The notes under the pieces: model-generated
Told to the model about the DNA's origin: nothing
The model's input: only the letters and a program-made list of their open reading frames with translations
Database searches by the model: none
Assembly: GCA_030429765.1 (NCBI GenBank)
Contig: JAUIER010000006.1
Span: 23,925 to 87,924, forward strand
Reading direction: 5' to 3'
DNA from: a bacterium
GTDB taxonomy: Bacteria > Omnitrophota > Gorgyraeia > Zapsychrales > Zapsychraceae
Length of the DNA stretch: 64,000 nt
Made by a program: the position numbers and the translations under genes
Part shown: positions 19,217-28,161 of the stretch, one piece after another
Layout: each line of letters opens with the position of its first letter
Numbering within the stretch: position 1 is the first letter of the stretch

Positions 19217-19237
19217 AATAGGGCGCTGACCCCTATT
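19217..19237 (+). repeat. type-B palindromic repeat copy
   Basis: AATAGGGCGCTGACCCCTATT. The stop codon of the PurD-like gene follows it (CCCTATTTTA). Confidence 0.6.
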
Positions 19238-20521
19238 TTATACCTCCCGCAGATAGCCCCAGGTATGCAGCTTGTCGCTGTCCTCGTACCAGCGGTTGCC
19301 GATATCCGTCCGGTAATACATCCCGGGGATCATGATATTGGCCACCCGGCTGTACGCCTGCTGTTGGGCCTGCTTGAGCGTCGCCCCGGTGCCGCAAACC
19401 ACGAGCACCACCCCGGTGTCTCCCGCCACCAACCACTGATCATTGACCTGTTTGACATCAACAATATGAACGCCCTCCCGACCTGGGCGCTTGAAAAATA
19501 TCACCGCGTCTTTGGAACAGTTCTTAAACGTATTCGGATCGTTAAACGGATACGGCGGCACGACAATCCGCACGCCAATCTGAAATCCGCTCCGGATCCG
19601 GAATTTCGTCAGCGTTCCGGCGGCCAACCCGTGAAAAAATTCGCTGATCGGCATTTGAATCCCTTCCTGCTGGATATTAATCGTGGGATAACCGAAACGC
19701 GAGGTGAATTCCAATGGATAAATCCCGCTGGCATTGACGATACAGTTGATGTCAATGTAACCGACATAACCTTCTTCCCGAAGTTTGGGCTCAAGCTTTT
19801 TTAGGGTGGCGTTGAAGATGCGGTTTTCCCCGCTCCAATACATCGATGTGCCCATCTCGCCGGTGGACGGACCGATGTTTCCCGGAAATAATTTTTTGTG
19901 CTCAAAGTTGATATTGATCGGCATGGCAAATTGCTGACCATTAAAGAACGCCCCGACGGCAATCTCAACGCCCGTCACCCGTTTCTGCAGCTGAAAGATC
20001 TTGATCTGCCGCGACCAGGCGCGCTTGTAGCTTTCGAGCACCTGAATAACATCCTGCCCCGACTCTTCTTCACCGACAAACAGCAGCCGTTTAATGTTCT
20101 GGGCCTCCCCGCTGGGCTTGATAACGTAACGGCCTTTATGCGCCCGGACATAGTCAATGGCATCGTCAAACGAATTAAACTCCTGATACGGAATGATGTT
20201 GACCCCGTATTTTTTCAACTCTTCCTGACCGAATGTCCGGTCATCTTCCAGTTGATCGGTGTAGGGCGTGCCGCCGATCACCAACTTGCCCTTTTGACGC
20301 AGCTTCTGGGCGTGCTTCCCCATGCCGAGCACATCATCAAATACGATCACGTCGGCCCAATCCACATCGGCCCGCCAGTCCTCACTCTTGTCGACAAATC
20401 CGTCGGCGATATCCCGCGCGCCCGCGTTGCGGATGTAATACTTAACTTGATGGCCTTCTTTTTTGACCTGCCACGCGATGTCGTTGATCAACGCGTCAAT
20501 CGACACAAACAAAAATTTCAT
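19238..20521 (-). CDS. PurD (phosphoribosylamine--glycine ligase)-family ATP-grasp protein, divergent
   Basis: ATP-grasp core and a PurD-like C-terminal domain (VLVVCGTGATLKQAQQQAYSRVANIMIPGMYYRTDIG). The canonical N-terminal GSGGREHA motif is missing and there is no purine operon context. Confidence 0.55.
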   Translation of the reverse strand: MKFLFVSIDALINDIAWQVKKEGHQVKYYIRNAGARDIADGFVDKSEDWRADVDWADVIVFDDVLGMGKHAQKLRQKGKLVIGGTPYTDQLEDDRTFGQEELKKYGVNIIPYQEFNSFDDAIDYVRAHKGRYVIKPSGEAQNIKRLLFVGEEESGQDVIQVLESYKRAWSRQIKIFQLQKRVTGVEIAVGAFFNGQQFAMPININFEHKKLFPGNIGPSTGEMGTSMYWSGENRIFNATLKKLEPKLREEGYVGYIDINCIVNASGIYPLEFTSRFGYPTINIQQEGIQMPISEFFHGLAAGTLTKFRIRSGFQIGVRIVVPPYPFNDPNTFKNCSKDAVIFFKRPGREGVHIVDVKQVNDQWLVAGDTGVVLVVCGTGATLKQAQQQAYSRVANIMIPGMYYRTDIGNRWYEDSDKLHTWGYLREV

Positions 20522-20626
20522 CTGGTTCTCCTGTTAATGATATGGGCCGCCGCTATTGTTGAAAAATACGGACATTGCCCTGAGTTTGAATCTTCCTATC
20601 GCGAAGGTCCCGCGCCTATGGACATT

Positions 20627-20645
20627 TAGGGCGCTGACCCCTATT
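20627..20645 (+). repeat. type-B palindromic repeat copy
   Basis: TAGGGCGCTGACCCCTATT. The stop codon of the DUF2179 gene follows it with the same CCCTATTTTA geometry. Confidence 0.6.
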
Positions 20646-21206
20646 TTATTTCTTGAACATGCCGTAGCTCAGCTTTTTGCGCCGGCCGACGACCGGGGCC
20701 TCATTGATCGCCTTGACATCCTCGACGGTGTAAAAGGCGTTGGGGTTGCAATCTTTGATGATCTGTTTGACTTTTTTAAGCTGACTGCGGGGAATGATCG
20801 TGAACAAGATATCCACGTCTCCGGTGGCCCCTTTGGCGGGAACCCGTGTCAGCCGGAATCCTTGTCCTGTCAATACACCCGACAGCTCATCGGACTTTTT
20901 GCTGGTAATGATCCGGATCACGCAAAAACCCAGCGCCACACGTTCTTCCAGGACCAGCCCGACAAAATTTCCCGCCGAAAATCCGCCGGCAAAGGCAATG
21001 TAGCAGATCGGATTGGTCAGGTTGACGAAGATCTGCCGAACGGCCAACAGCCAGATCAATATCTCCACGAAGGCAATGGCCGACACCAGCAGTTTCCGGT
21101 TCTTGGAAAACAGGATGATCCGGAAGGTGCCCATCGACACATCGGCGATGCGCGCAACGAAAATCATCAGGGGCAGGTAAACGTAACCATACAGGTCAAA
21201 CTCCAT
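20646..21206 (-). CDS. DUF2179/UPF0316-family membrane protein
   Basis: N-terminal TM region MEFDLYGYVYLPLMIFVARIADVSMGTFRIILF with a soluble C-terminal domain. Start at MEF, which has an AAGGACAG RBS. Confidence 0.5.
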   Translation of the reverse strand: MEFDLYGYVYLPLMIFVARIADVSMGTFRIILFSKNRKLLVSAIAFVEILIWLLAVRQIFVNLTNPICYIAFAGGFSAGNFVGLVLEERVALGFCVIRIITSKKSDELSGVLTGQGFRLTRVPAKGATGDVDILFTIIPRSQLKKVKQIIKDCNPNAFYTVEDVKAINEAPVVGRRKKLSYGMFKK

Positions 21207-21309
21207 ATTTGGCTGTCCTTTCAACATGTTTAACGGATAAACATCAGATTATATTTCACATGATAAAAAGGAAGCAAAGATTTTAAAATATGAAAAGTTG
21301 TGTACACCT

Positions 21310-22956
21310 CTATGGTCGGATTATCCCTTCCTTAGGGCCTCGGGTTAGATTGTCTTTAGGGTGTTGTCCACTGTAATACTGCGCTATCTCCGGCTGACGC
21401 TTGAAAAATTCTTCCGCTTGGTCCGGATATTGTCGACTAAGCGCGCGGTACATCTTAATCGCTTCATCTTTTTTGCCCATCCGCCAATACGTCCAGGCCA
21501 ACCGCGTCCGCGCGGCGAGTGAATCCGGTTTGATCGCGAGCGCCTTTTTCAGAAACTGCTCGGCATGACCATAATAATCACTGACAAACCGCGCCGAATA
21601 CACATAAATAAAAAACTGATGGTCGTCAGTGATCTCAATCTGTTGGGCCAGTTCGTCAAAACTCTTCAATCGATCCCAATGCCAGCGCTCTTTGGGGACA
21701 AACAGCTCCTGTTCATAGATCAGCTGGATCAGCTGCAACGCCATCAATGCCTGTCCGCGCACCGTTGGGTGAATTTGATCGAAGACCAGCTCACCATCAA
21801 CGAGTCCATTCGTCGATTGTTCACGAAACGACCGATCGCTGTCCAGCACGAACACACCTTCTCGTGCAGCCGCGGCCAGCTGTTGATAAAAGGTATTGAT
21901 CACCGACGGGGCCCGAATCGGATAATAGTTAAGATCATTAGCTTGTTCATAGTAATTGTACGCCACATCATATTGCCGATCCATCTCGGCCAATTGCCCT
22001 AGTCGAAAGTGAATGAGCGCGTAATGATCATCAATCTTCAACGCTTGTTCATACATCGACCGGGCCCGGACATAATCCTCGCGAGCAAAAAGATCTTCGG
22101 CCGCTTTAAAAATTCGTTGCCATTCACTCAATTGATCGGCGGATAAATCCGGACTGTTTCGCGATTCAAACGGCGCGTAGTCCTTCATCCGGGAGACAGC
22201 ATTGAAAAATACGACGGGGATTTTTCTACTCTGACCCTTGCGAAGAATCCGTTCGATATTTTGCTGCCATTGCGTTTCGACTTGTCGAAACAGATCGCTG
22301 TGCGGTGTTAACAAATCCTTACTTGCCGTGTAATGAATATTGCCCTTGGGCTCGTCGTACCACTCTTCCTTGATGGTGCGTCCGTCCGGCGGTGGCTGAC
22401 GTTTGCGTCGCCGCTCCAGCTTGACCTTCAGAGCTGCGCGCTTCACACCGCTGAAAAAGGCAAAGCGCTTGCAGAAATTCTTGAAACCGTCCTCCACGCG
22501 TTCACCGAACGGCGCTGATTGAACAAGACCCTCGCGCACACCGCGGATAATATAGTCATTGTGCGCCGAATAAAACGCCGCCACATCCGGTTTGAATCCC
22601 ACCATATCCACAAAACCCTCGGCAATAAAATCACTGGCCGCGCCTAGACGGGCAAAATTGATCACGCGAACACGTTCGGCGTCCTCGGGCTCGAGCACGT
22701 TCTCCAGATACATATCGATCCATTTTTGAATGGTGGATTGCGGATGCAGATGCGAACCATGCATCGTCGATTCGCCGAAAAGAAAGATCCGGAACTCGTC
22801 GCGCGGTTTGCGCGGCGTCAAACCCTGATTGATCCCGCAGCGCTCGATGTACTCGTACGACCCGGGCACAGAGAAAATCCGGCTCACCCCTTCGACCAGA
22901 CCGAAGCCAATGGCGAAGATGATGCAGTAGAAAATTAAATGTTTGAGTTTGGGCAT
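21310..22956 (-). CDS. membrane-anchored SGNH-hydrolase-like protein with TPR repeats (split SGNH)
   Basis: N-terminal TM helix. SGNH block I FLFGESTMHGS, block III SAHNDY, and block V DQIHP separated by a TPR region (YEQALKIDDHYALIHFRLGQ...). Paralog of the gene at 49605-51263. Confidence 0.5.
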   Translation of the reverse strand: MPKLKHLIFYCIIFAIGFGLVEGVSRIFSVPGSYEYIERCGINQGLTPRKPRDEFRIFLFGESTMHGSHLHPQSTIQKWIDMYLENVLEPEDAERVRVINFARLGAASDFIAEGFVDMVGFKPDVAAFYSAHNDYIIRGVREGLVQSAPFGERVEDGFKNFCKRFAFFSGVKRAALKVKLERRRKRQPPPDGRTIKEEWYDEPKGNIHYTASKDLLTPHSDLFRQVETQWQQNIERILRKGQSRKIPVVFFNAVSRMKDYAPFESRNSPDLSADQLSEWQRIFKAAEDLFAREDYVRARSMYEQALKIDDHYALIHFRLGQLAEMDRQYDVAYNYYEQANDLNYYPIRAPSVINTFYQQLAAAAREGVFVLDSDRSFREQSTNGLVDGELVFDQIHPTVRGQALMALQLIQLIYEQELFVPKERWHWDRLKSFDELAQQIEITDDHQFFIYVYSARFVSDYYGHAEQFLKKALAIKPDSLAARTRLAWTYWRMGKKDEAIKMYRALSRQYPDQAEEFFKRQPEIAQYYSGQHPKDNLTRGPKEGIIRP

Positions 22957-23089
22957 TAAGAACCCTAAATAGATTTTCTATAAATTACGATTTCTTCTAC
23001 CGACAAATATGTTGTTACGAAGTGTGACCTATATTTTAGCTTTTAAGTTATTGTCGCCTCATATACTACCGCACATATCTCATAGACCA

Positions 23090-24175
23090 TTAGGAACGTA
23101 ACCATAAATTCATACCTTCATTGACAAATTTGCTAAATCCCCCATCATAAATCGAGTCATTTGGATCGATCTTGATTACCTGAGTGATAGGGATCCCCGA
23201 ATTTAAAAGATATTGAAATGACCTGCGACCCGAGTCAAAATCCCCATTGACAATTTTTAGATCATTGATCAGATTAAGATTCGCTTTTATGAAATTTAAT
23301 ATATCTTGATCCAACGCATTGAATCCAATCATTAAAACCTTATGAATATCTTTTATAGCGCTCGAAAGCTGTGCCCTATGATCCTCAAATACAAATTTAT
23401 CATAGTGACCAGTAGGGGCTGTTATGGCAGGATACCGAGATACTTCGTGTATCTTACGATGGTTAGCTTCAAAATCCAGAAAGACGTCCTCACCTATTGC
23501 ATCAGCTATATTTGTCGAAATTTCTTGTTCCTTGATATGAGACACCTGTAATTGAGTATCCTTGATTTGCCGAACCCAGTTGATCGATCCATGGGGCTTA
23601 GTATATTTTATGCTCATACCGTCAATCGTTTTCCGATTTAAATAATCGCTCATGTTTTTAAAATTTAATCCACCAGTAACTCCAACTATGGCTCGATCTC
23701 CAAACAAATCATAGTTTAAATTGAGCCATACCAACTGAGTGTAGTTATTTTCGATCAGAGCATCCAAAAGCAAACTATAATTAGTTGCGATGCCTTTTTT
23801 ACTGCCCAAATACTTATCACTTATTTCCTTAAAAAGCTCTCGCAAATACAGCGGTACACTCCAGAATTGATTCGCAATGGTAAGTTTTTGACTACATTTG
23901 ATAGAATTCAGACGTTTTTCTAGACCAATTTCGGACTGATCCGTCATGCCCAATTTGTATCCAACTTTTGCTGCTACTGTATGTTTAGCAAGAATGCTCT
24001 GTATAACTTCTCCTTCCCCATTCGGTACTCCAGTGATTGTAATCGGCGGCTGAAACAAATTTGTTGTCAGTGGAGGTTGGTACCGATTGTCAATTGGCAA
24101 ACCTGTCCTAGCTACATCTATACAATCAAATGAAGCACCCGCGCCTGTAATTAGTAGGATCTTTTTTTCTGTCAT
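23090..24175 (-). CDS. SIR2-like (SIR2_2 / DHS-like NAD-binding) domain protein, stand-alone
   Basis: LLITGAGASFD (GAGxS), LNLNYDLFGD (NYD), KPHGSINW (catalytic HG) and VLMIGFNALDQD (IG[FY]S..D-like). Very AT-rich gene. Confidence 0.6.
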   Translation of the reverse strand: MTEKKILLITGAGASFDCIDVARTGLPIDNRYQPPLTTNLFQPPITITGVPNGEGEVIQSILAKHTVAAKVGYKLGMTDQSEIGLEKRLNSIKCSQKLTIANQFWSVPLYLRELFKEISDKYLGSKKGIATNYSLLLDALIENNYTQLVWLNLNYDLFGDRAIVGVTGGLNFKNMSDYLNRKTIDGMSIKYTKPHGSINWVRQIKDTQLQVSHIKEQEISTNIADAIGEDVFLDFEANHRKIHEVSRYPAITAPTGHYDKFVFEDHRAQLSSAIKDIHKVLMIGFNALDQDILNFIKANLNLINDLKIVNGDFDSGRRSFQYLLNSGIPITQVIKIDPNDSIYDGGFSKFVNEGMNLWLRS

Positions 24176-24286
24176 TCTTCTGGTACCTAGCTATCCATAC
24201 TGGCTGTGGTCAAACTTACTTTTCCAGTAATTGCAAAATCTTAATCGAATACAGTATATTTCGGCCACATTATACCACCATCCCAC

Positions 24287-24320
24287 AAAAAAAGGACCCA
24301 CAATGCTGTGAGTCCTTTTT
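24287..24320 (+). terminator. type-A hairpin repeat (bidirectional terminator-like)
   Basis: AAAAAAAGGACCCACAATGCTGTGAGTCCTTTTT: an imperfect palindrome between A and T tracts. It is 3' of the VOC gene. Confidence 0.5.
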
Positions 24321-24338
24321 GATGGAACATTGATATTT

Positions 24339-24722
24339 CTAAGACGGAGAAACCATACAAAAGGCGTTGAGTTTATTGCCGTCCGGATCGCGGAAATAGG
24401 CCGCGTAAAACGCGCCGTCTCCCCGCGGTCCGGGAGCGCCCTCATCCGCGGCCCCCAAACTTATCGCCTTGGCATACAGCGAATCCACCGCTGCGGGGCC
24501 GTCCACCGCCAACGCCACCATCACCCCGTTCCCGACCGTCGCGGGATTGCCATCAAATGGCTTGATGACCGACACCGAAGGACTGTGCATGTCCTTGCCC
24601 CAGGCCACGAACGTATCATTCTCCAAGATCCGGCCAATCCCCAGCTCCGCTTTAAATAACTCATCATAAAACCTGGCAGCCCGCGGAAGATCGTTGGTTC
24701 CCAATGTGACATACGCTATCAT
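24339..24722 (-). CDS. VOC (glyoxalase/bleomycin-resistance fold) family protein
   Basis: MIAYVTLGTNDLPRAARFYDELF...DPDGNKLNAF pattern typical of VOC proteins. Confidence 0.7.
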   Translation of the reverse strand: MIAYVTLGTNDLPRAARFYDELFKAELGIGRILENDTFVAWGKDMHSPSVSVIKPFDGNPATVGNGVMVALAVDGPAAVDSLYAKAISLGAADEGAPGPRGDGAFYAAYFRDPDGNKLNAFCMVSPS

Positions 24723-24846
24723 GTGTAACTCCTTTTTTCTGTGTGTTGAACTTTCTCTCAGTATACAACCCCCTGCTGACAGCATTATGTCAGGAGTGTG
24801 TCAGGATAACGTTGATTTTACCAACACGCCCCCCTACAATAGATGG

Positions 24847-25533
24847 ATGCGACGCGCCGATAGACTATTCAAGATTGTCAATTTTATCAAAAGCCGCCGG
24901 AGGGCGGTGACCGCGCAACGGATCGCCAACGAATTCGAGATCTGCGAGCGCACCGTCTATCGTGATATCCGCGATTTAATGGACAGCGGCGTGCCGATCT
25001 ATGGCGAGGCCGGGGTGGGATATATTATGGACCATTCCTACAACCTGCCAGCGCTGAATTTCGACATCGAAGAGATCGAGGCGCTCGTGCTGGGACTGTC
25101 CATGGTCCAGTCCTGGACCGACAATGACTTTTCCAAGTCCGCCCGCCGGGCCATGGAAAAGATCAAGATCGCGTTGCCGCCGTCGCTCAAAGATTCGCTT
25201 GAGGAAACGGCCCTGCTGTCTCCGCCTTCCCACGTCCGTGAACCCATTACGGTGAATTTTTCGGATATTCGGCGCTGCATCCGCCGACGGCAAAAGATCA
25301 CCTTCATGTATGCCGACGAGCAACAGCGTCAAACCCAACGTACCGTTCGACCGCTGGGCCTGGCCTTTTTTGGTCCGACATGGTTGCTAATTAGCTGGTG
25401 TGAACTACGCAAAGACTTTCGGAATTTCCGGCTTGATCGGATGATCGAATGTCAGGCGGCGGATATCGCCTTCGACGATGAAGCGGGCAAGACTTTGGAC
25501 GATTATCTGAAGACAATGGCGTGCACCAAGTGA
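24847..25533 (+). CDS. YafY-family transcriptional regulator (HTH + WYL domain)
   Basis: N-terminal HTH RADRLFKIVNFIKSRRRAVTAQRIANEFEICERTVYRDIRDL. WYL region ITFMYADEQQRQTQRTVRPLGLAFFGPTWLLISWCELRKDFRNFRLDRM. Confidence 0.75.
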   Translation: MRRADRLFKIVNFIKSRRRAVTAQRIANEFEICERTVYRDIRDLMDSGVPIYGEAGVGYIMDHSYNLPALNFDIEEIEALVLGLSMVQSWTDNDFSKSARRAMEKIKIALPPSLKDSLEETALLSPPSHVREPITVNFSDIRRCIRRRQKITFMYADEQQRQTQRTVRPLGLAFFGPTWLLISWCELRKDFRNFRLDRMIECQAADIAFDDEAGKTLDDYLKTMACTK

Positions 25534-25700
25534 GATCTTTATATTTAACTTCAGCCGAAAATGGATCCCCCACACAGAAAATTCCAGCTCAGGCTGAATT
25601 TCCCACCTGTGTGTCGGAAATTTGACAGACCATCCCCGGACGGGTAAGATGAAGTCAGGATATTCAACCACAGACAACACCACAGCTTACGGAGAGACCT

Positions 25701-26189
25701 ATGAGACGACGACACCTTTTGATGGCCCTGATCACGTCCGGCCTGCTGGCCCTCGGCAACAGCCACGCCGCGGCCGCCCAGCTCAGCGACGCTGAGCTCA
25801 AAGAATTCAACAACATCCATGTCAGCATCGCCCGGCTGATCGCCCATCCGCAGCGCTACCACGGCAAACAGGTGGCGGTGATCGGCTATGTGCGGATCGC
25901 GGACGGCACCCCGGTTATCTATCTGTCCAAGGACGACGGTCAGTTCAGCATCCCCAAAAACGGATTACGCATCCAGACCAACGGCGCCAAGCTTAAATCT
26001 AAATTTGAAAAGCAGTACTGTCTGCTGGTTGGCGAGTTTCGGGCGGACACGTATGACAAAAACAATATCTACAGCGGCACGATCGGAAAACTTTCACAAC
26101 TGACCATCTGGCAAAGCGACAGCGACGATTCCAATCAGTTCAAGAAGAATCAATTGAGAAACGTGATTTTTTCAAGGTCGCGGTATTAG
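25701..26189 (+). CDS. hypothetical secreted protein
   Basis: Signal peptide MRRRHLLMALITSGLLALGNSHAAAA. GC-rich ORF. Confidence 0.4.
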   Translation: MRRRHLLMALITSGLLALGNSHAAAAQLSDAELKEFNNIHVSIARLIAHPQRYHGKQVAVIGYVRIADGTPVIYLSKDDGQFSIPKNGLRIQTNGAKLKSKFEKQYCLLVGEFRADTYDKNNIYSGTIGKLSQLTIWQSDSDDSNQFKKNQLRNVIFSRSRY

Positions 26190-26222
26190 ACCTTACGATA
26201 AAAATTCAGTTTTCCCCGCGAT

Positions 26223-26642
26223 TTATTTTTTCCAAAATTGCCACCATTTCCCGAATGAAGTTGACGCGCTGGCCCCTGATGGACGCTTACCCGAATGCTC
26301 GACGCCGACCGGCAGGGTCATCATGGCCGCCATACCGCTGGGTCCGGCTGGCAACACAATCATCGCTCCGCCTCCGAGATCTTCCGATATCGTGAACGCC
26401 TTCACCATACCCCCTTTCAAGAAAGCGAAAAATTTAGAGTCTACCTGGATTTTATCGGCATGAGCATTAATCTCGGCGTGCAACGCCGATATCGACTTTG
26501 CATCCAGCGGACCGGAATACTCTGAAGCAGATTTGTCTAACTGAACCTCCTCCATCCACAGGGCCTCGACCCGTCGATTCTTTCCGACATACCAGCCAAA
26601 ACTCCCCTGTTTGCGTAACTCCCACGTATCGTCGTTCATCAT
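26223..26642 (-). CDS. hypothetical protein
   Basis: 139-aa ORF with an AGGAG RBS. A type-C repeat sits just upstream of its RBS. Confidence 0.35.
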   Translation of the reverse strand: MMNDDTWELRKQGSFGWYVGKNRRVEALWMEEVQLDKSASEYSGPLDAKSISALHAEINAHADKIQVDSKFFAFLKGGMVKAFTISEDLGGGAMIVLPAGPSGMAAMMTLPVGVEHSGKRPSGASASTSFGKWWQFWKK

Positions 26643-26667
26643 ATCGTTCTCCTTACTTTATGACAAT

Positions 26668-26687
26668 TAGGGACAGCGCCCACATTT
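26668..26687 (+). repeat. type-C motif copy (TAGGGACAGCGCCCACATTT)
   Basis: About 25 nt upstream of the AGGAG RBS of the 26223-26642 gene. Confidence 0.5.
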
Positions 26688-26720
26688 CGCATCGCGAGAT
26701 CATTATATCATTTACCGCAC

Positions 26721-26750
26721 AAAAAAGGACCCACATGGCTGTGAGTCCTT
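26721..26750 (+). terminator. type-A hairpin repeat copy 2
   Basis: AAAAAAGGACCCACATGGCTGTGAGTCCTT, 3' of brnA. Confidence 0.5.
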
Positions 26751-26806
26751 GTCTTAAAATGGTCCAAGATTTTTACGTCTACCATCCATAAACTGAAAAG
26801 CCGACT

Positions 26807-27022
26807 CTAGCGTGACACCCACTCGAGCCGTCGATGCGATACGGCGCAATCCCGTAAATAGATGTTAATCAAATTCTGGTAGGGAATCCCGACCTCCTCC
26901 GCCATCGTTTTGAAATAGTCTATCACGTCTTCTCCTAGACGGATGGTCACCGGCCGCTTTAACTTGCCGGCATAGGGATTTTTGCGACGCTTCATTTTGG
27001 AAAAGTCATATTCTTTTTTCAT
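26807..27022 (-). CDS. brnA: BrnA antitoxin (RHH/CopG-like)
   Basis: MKKEYDFSKMKRRKNPYAGKLKRPVTIRLGEDVIDYFK...YQNLINIYLRD. Its start overlaps the brnT stop by 4 nt (ATGA). Confidence 0.75.
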   Translation of the reverse strand: MKKEYDFSKMKRRKNPYAGKLKRPVTIRLGEDVIDYFKTMAEEVGIPYQNLINIYLRDCAVSHRRLEWVSR

Positions 27023-27312
27023 ATTTGATCCTCCGAGTAAAATCGGCTTTCCTGTCGTGTGGCCTTTCGAGCCGAAATGATACGTATAACGGATCCCTTT
27101 TGCCGCTCGCAATGACAAACCACGAGAAGTCTTAATTTGAAACTCATTCCCAACATAATAAATCGTTCTTCCGCCTCTGAATTTTCCTCGTCAAAAAATT
27201 GAAGGGCATTTTCATCATAAAATACGGTCTTAGCCTCTTCAAATGCCACACCATGCTTTCTGAGGTTGCTTTTAGCCTTTAAAATGTCCCACTCAAATCT
27301 TATTTCATTCAT
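27019..27312 (-). CDS. brnT: BrnT toxin (DUF497 ribonuclease toxin)
   Basis: FEWDILKAKSNLRKHGVAFEEAKTVF...RLLVVCHCERQKGSVIRIISARKATRQE. Confidence 0.8.
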   Translation of the reverse strand: MNEIRFEWDILKAKSNLRKHGVAFEEAKTVFYDENALQFFDEENSEAEERFIMLGMSFKLRLLVVCHCERQKGSVIRIISARKATRQESRFYSEDQI

Positions 27313-27375
27313 ATGTACAATGTAAATATAACATAATTATAGCTTAAAATCAATCCATACAGCCCCTTAAAACAA

Positions 27376-27409
27376 TAAAAAAGGACCCACATGACTGTGA
27401 GTCCTTTTT
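27376..27409 (+). terminator. type-A hairpin repeat copy 3
   Basis: AAAAAAGGACCCACATGACTGTGAGTCCTTTTT, between brnT and the next gene. Confidence 0.5.
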
Positions 27410-27427
27410 AAAATTGACATCCGTCTG

Positions 27428-27892
27428 CTATTTCCGCAGAGCCTGAATTTCCGCGATGAATTCAGCCAGGGGCATCCGGGTTTTATCCATGACCACATGA
27501 TCATCGACAATCGCGAACGACTTGGCCCCGCATCCCAACGCGACCGACGAATAATGCGCCTTGGTCCTGGCCAGGTTGGTCTCCGTCAGAAAGACAATAT
27601 GGGGATCGCGATTGGGGAGCTCAATACCGTACGCGCACATCCCGTCCCAACTATTCACCCGCACCACCTCGGAGATCGCCTCACCCGCTAACTCCTCATC
27701 GACCTTGAGATCAATCCAGTCCGGCCCGCCTTTGGGTTTGGTCGGTCCGGCAAAAAATTGACGCCCGATCACAATCACATCGGCCTCCCGCGCCGTCTGC
27801 CGCCAATCCAATTCTGCGGCACATGGCTGACAAGCCAACGCCCAATCTGGAATCGCTAGTAATAGCATTAAGGAAAGAACCGTAGTCTTCAT
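27428..27892 (-). CDS. hypothetical secreted protein
   Basis: Signal peptide MKTTVLSLMLLLAIPDWALA followed by a CQPC motif. Confidence 0.4.
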   Translation of the reverse strand: MKTTVLSLMLLLAIPDWALACQPCAAELDWRQTAREADVIVIGRQFFAGPTKPKGGPDWIDLKVDEELAGEAISEVVRVNSWDGMCAYGIELPNRDPHIVFLTETNLARTKAHYSSVALGCGAKSFAIVDDHVVMDKTRMPLAEFIAEIQALRK

Positions 27893-28161
27893 AAAATACC
27901 CTCTGTTGATCCTGGTTGATGAACACGCTTGTTTATGAGGACATATTGTACCGGGAAAACCGCGTCAGGGCTAGTGGGAAGGTGGGGAAAATAGTGTTAA
28001 GGTCCATTCATTATAAATAAAAAAGGGTTCACAACGAATGGCCACATAACCACCTTAATGTGCCTGTGAACTGTATTTTGATCCTACGCCAACTCCGATT
28101 AAGTAATATGCCATTTTTTCCTAATGATATACTTTTGTACAATCGACAACCGAAGCATTGG

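Noticed and set aside
24191-24445. 84-aa ORF upstream of the SIR2-like gene
   Set aside because: It overlaps the type-A terminator hairpin and the 3' end of the VOC gene on the same strand in another frame.
25560-25610. Imperfect palindrome CACACAGAAAATTCCAGCTCAGGCTGAATTTCCCACCTGTGTG downstream of the WYL regulator
   Set aside because: The symmetry is imperfect. It could be a simple terminator or an operator. Too weak to call as a feature.
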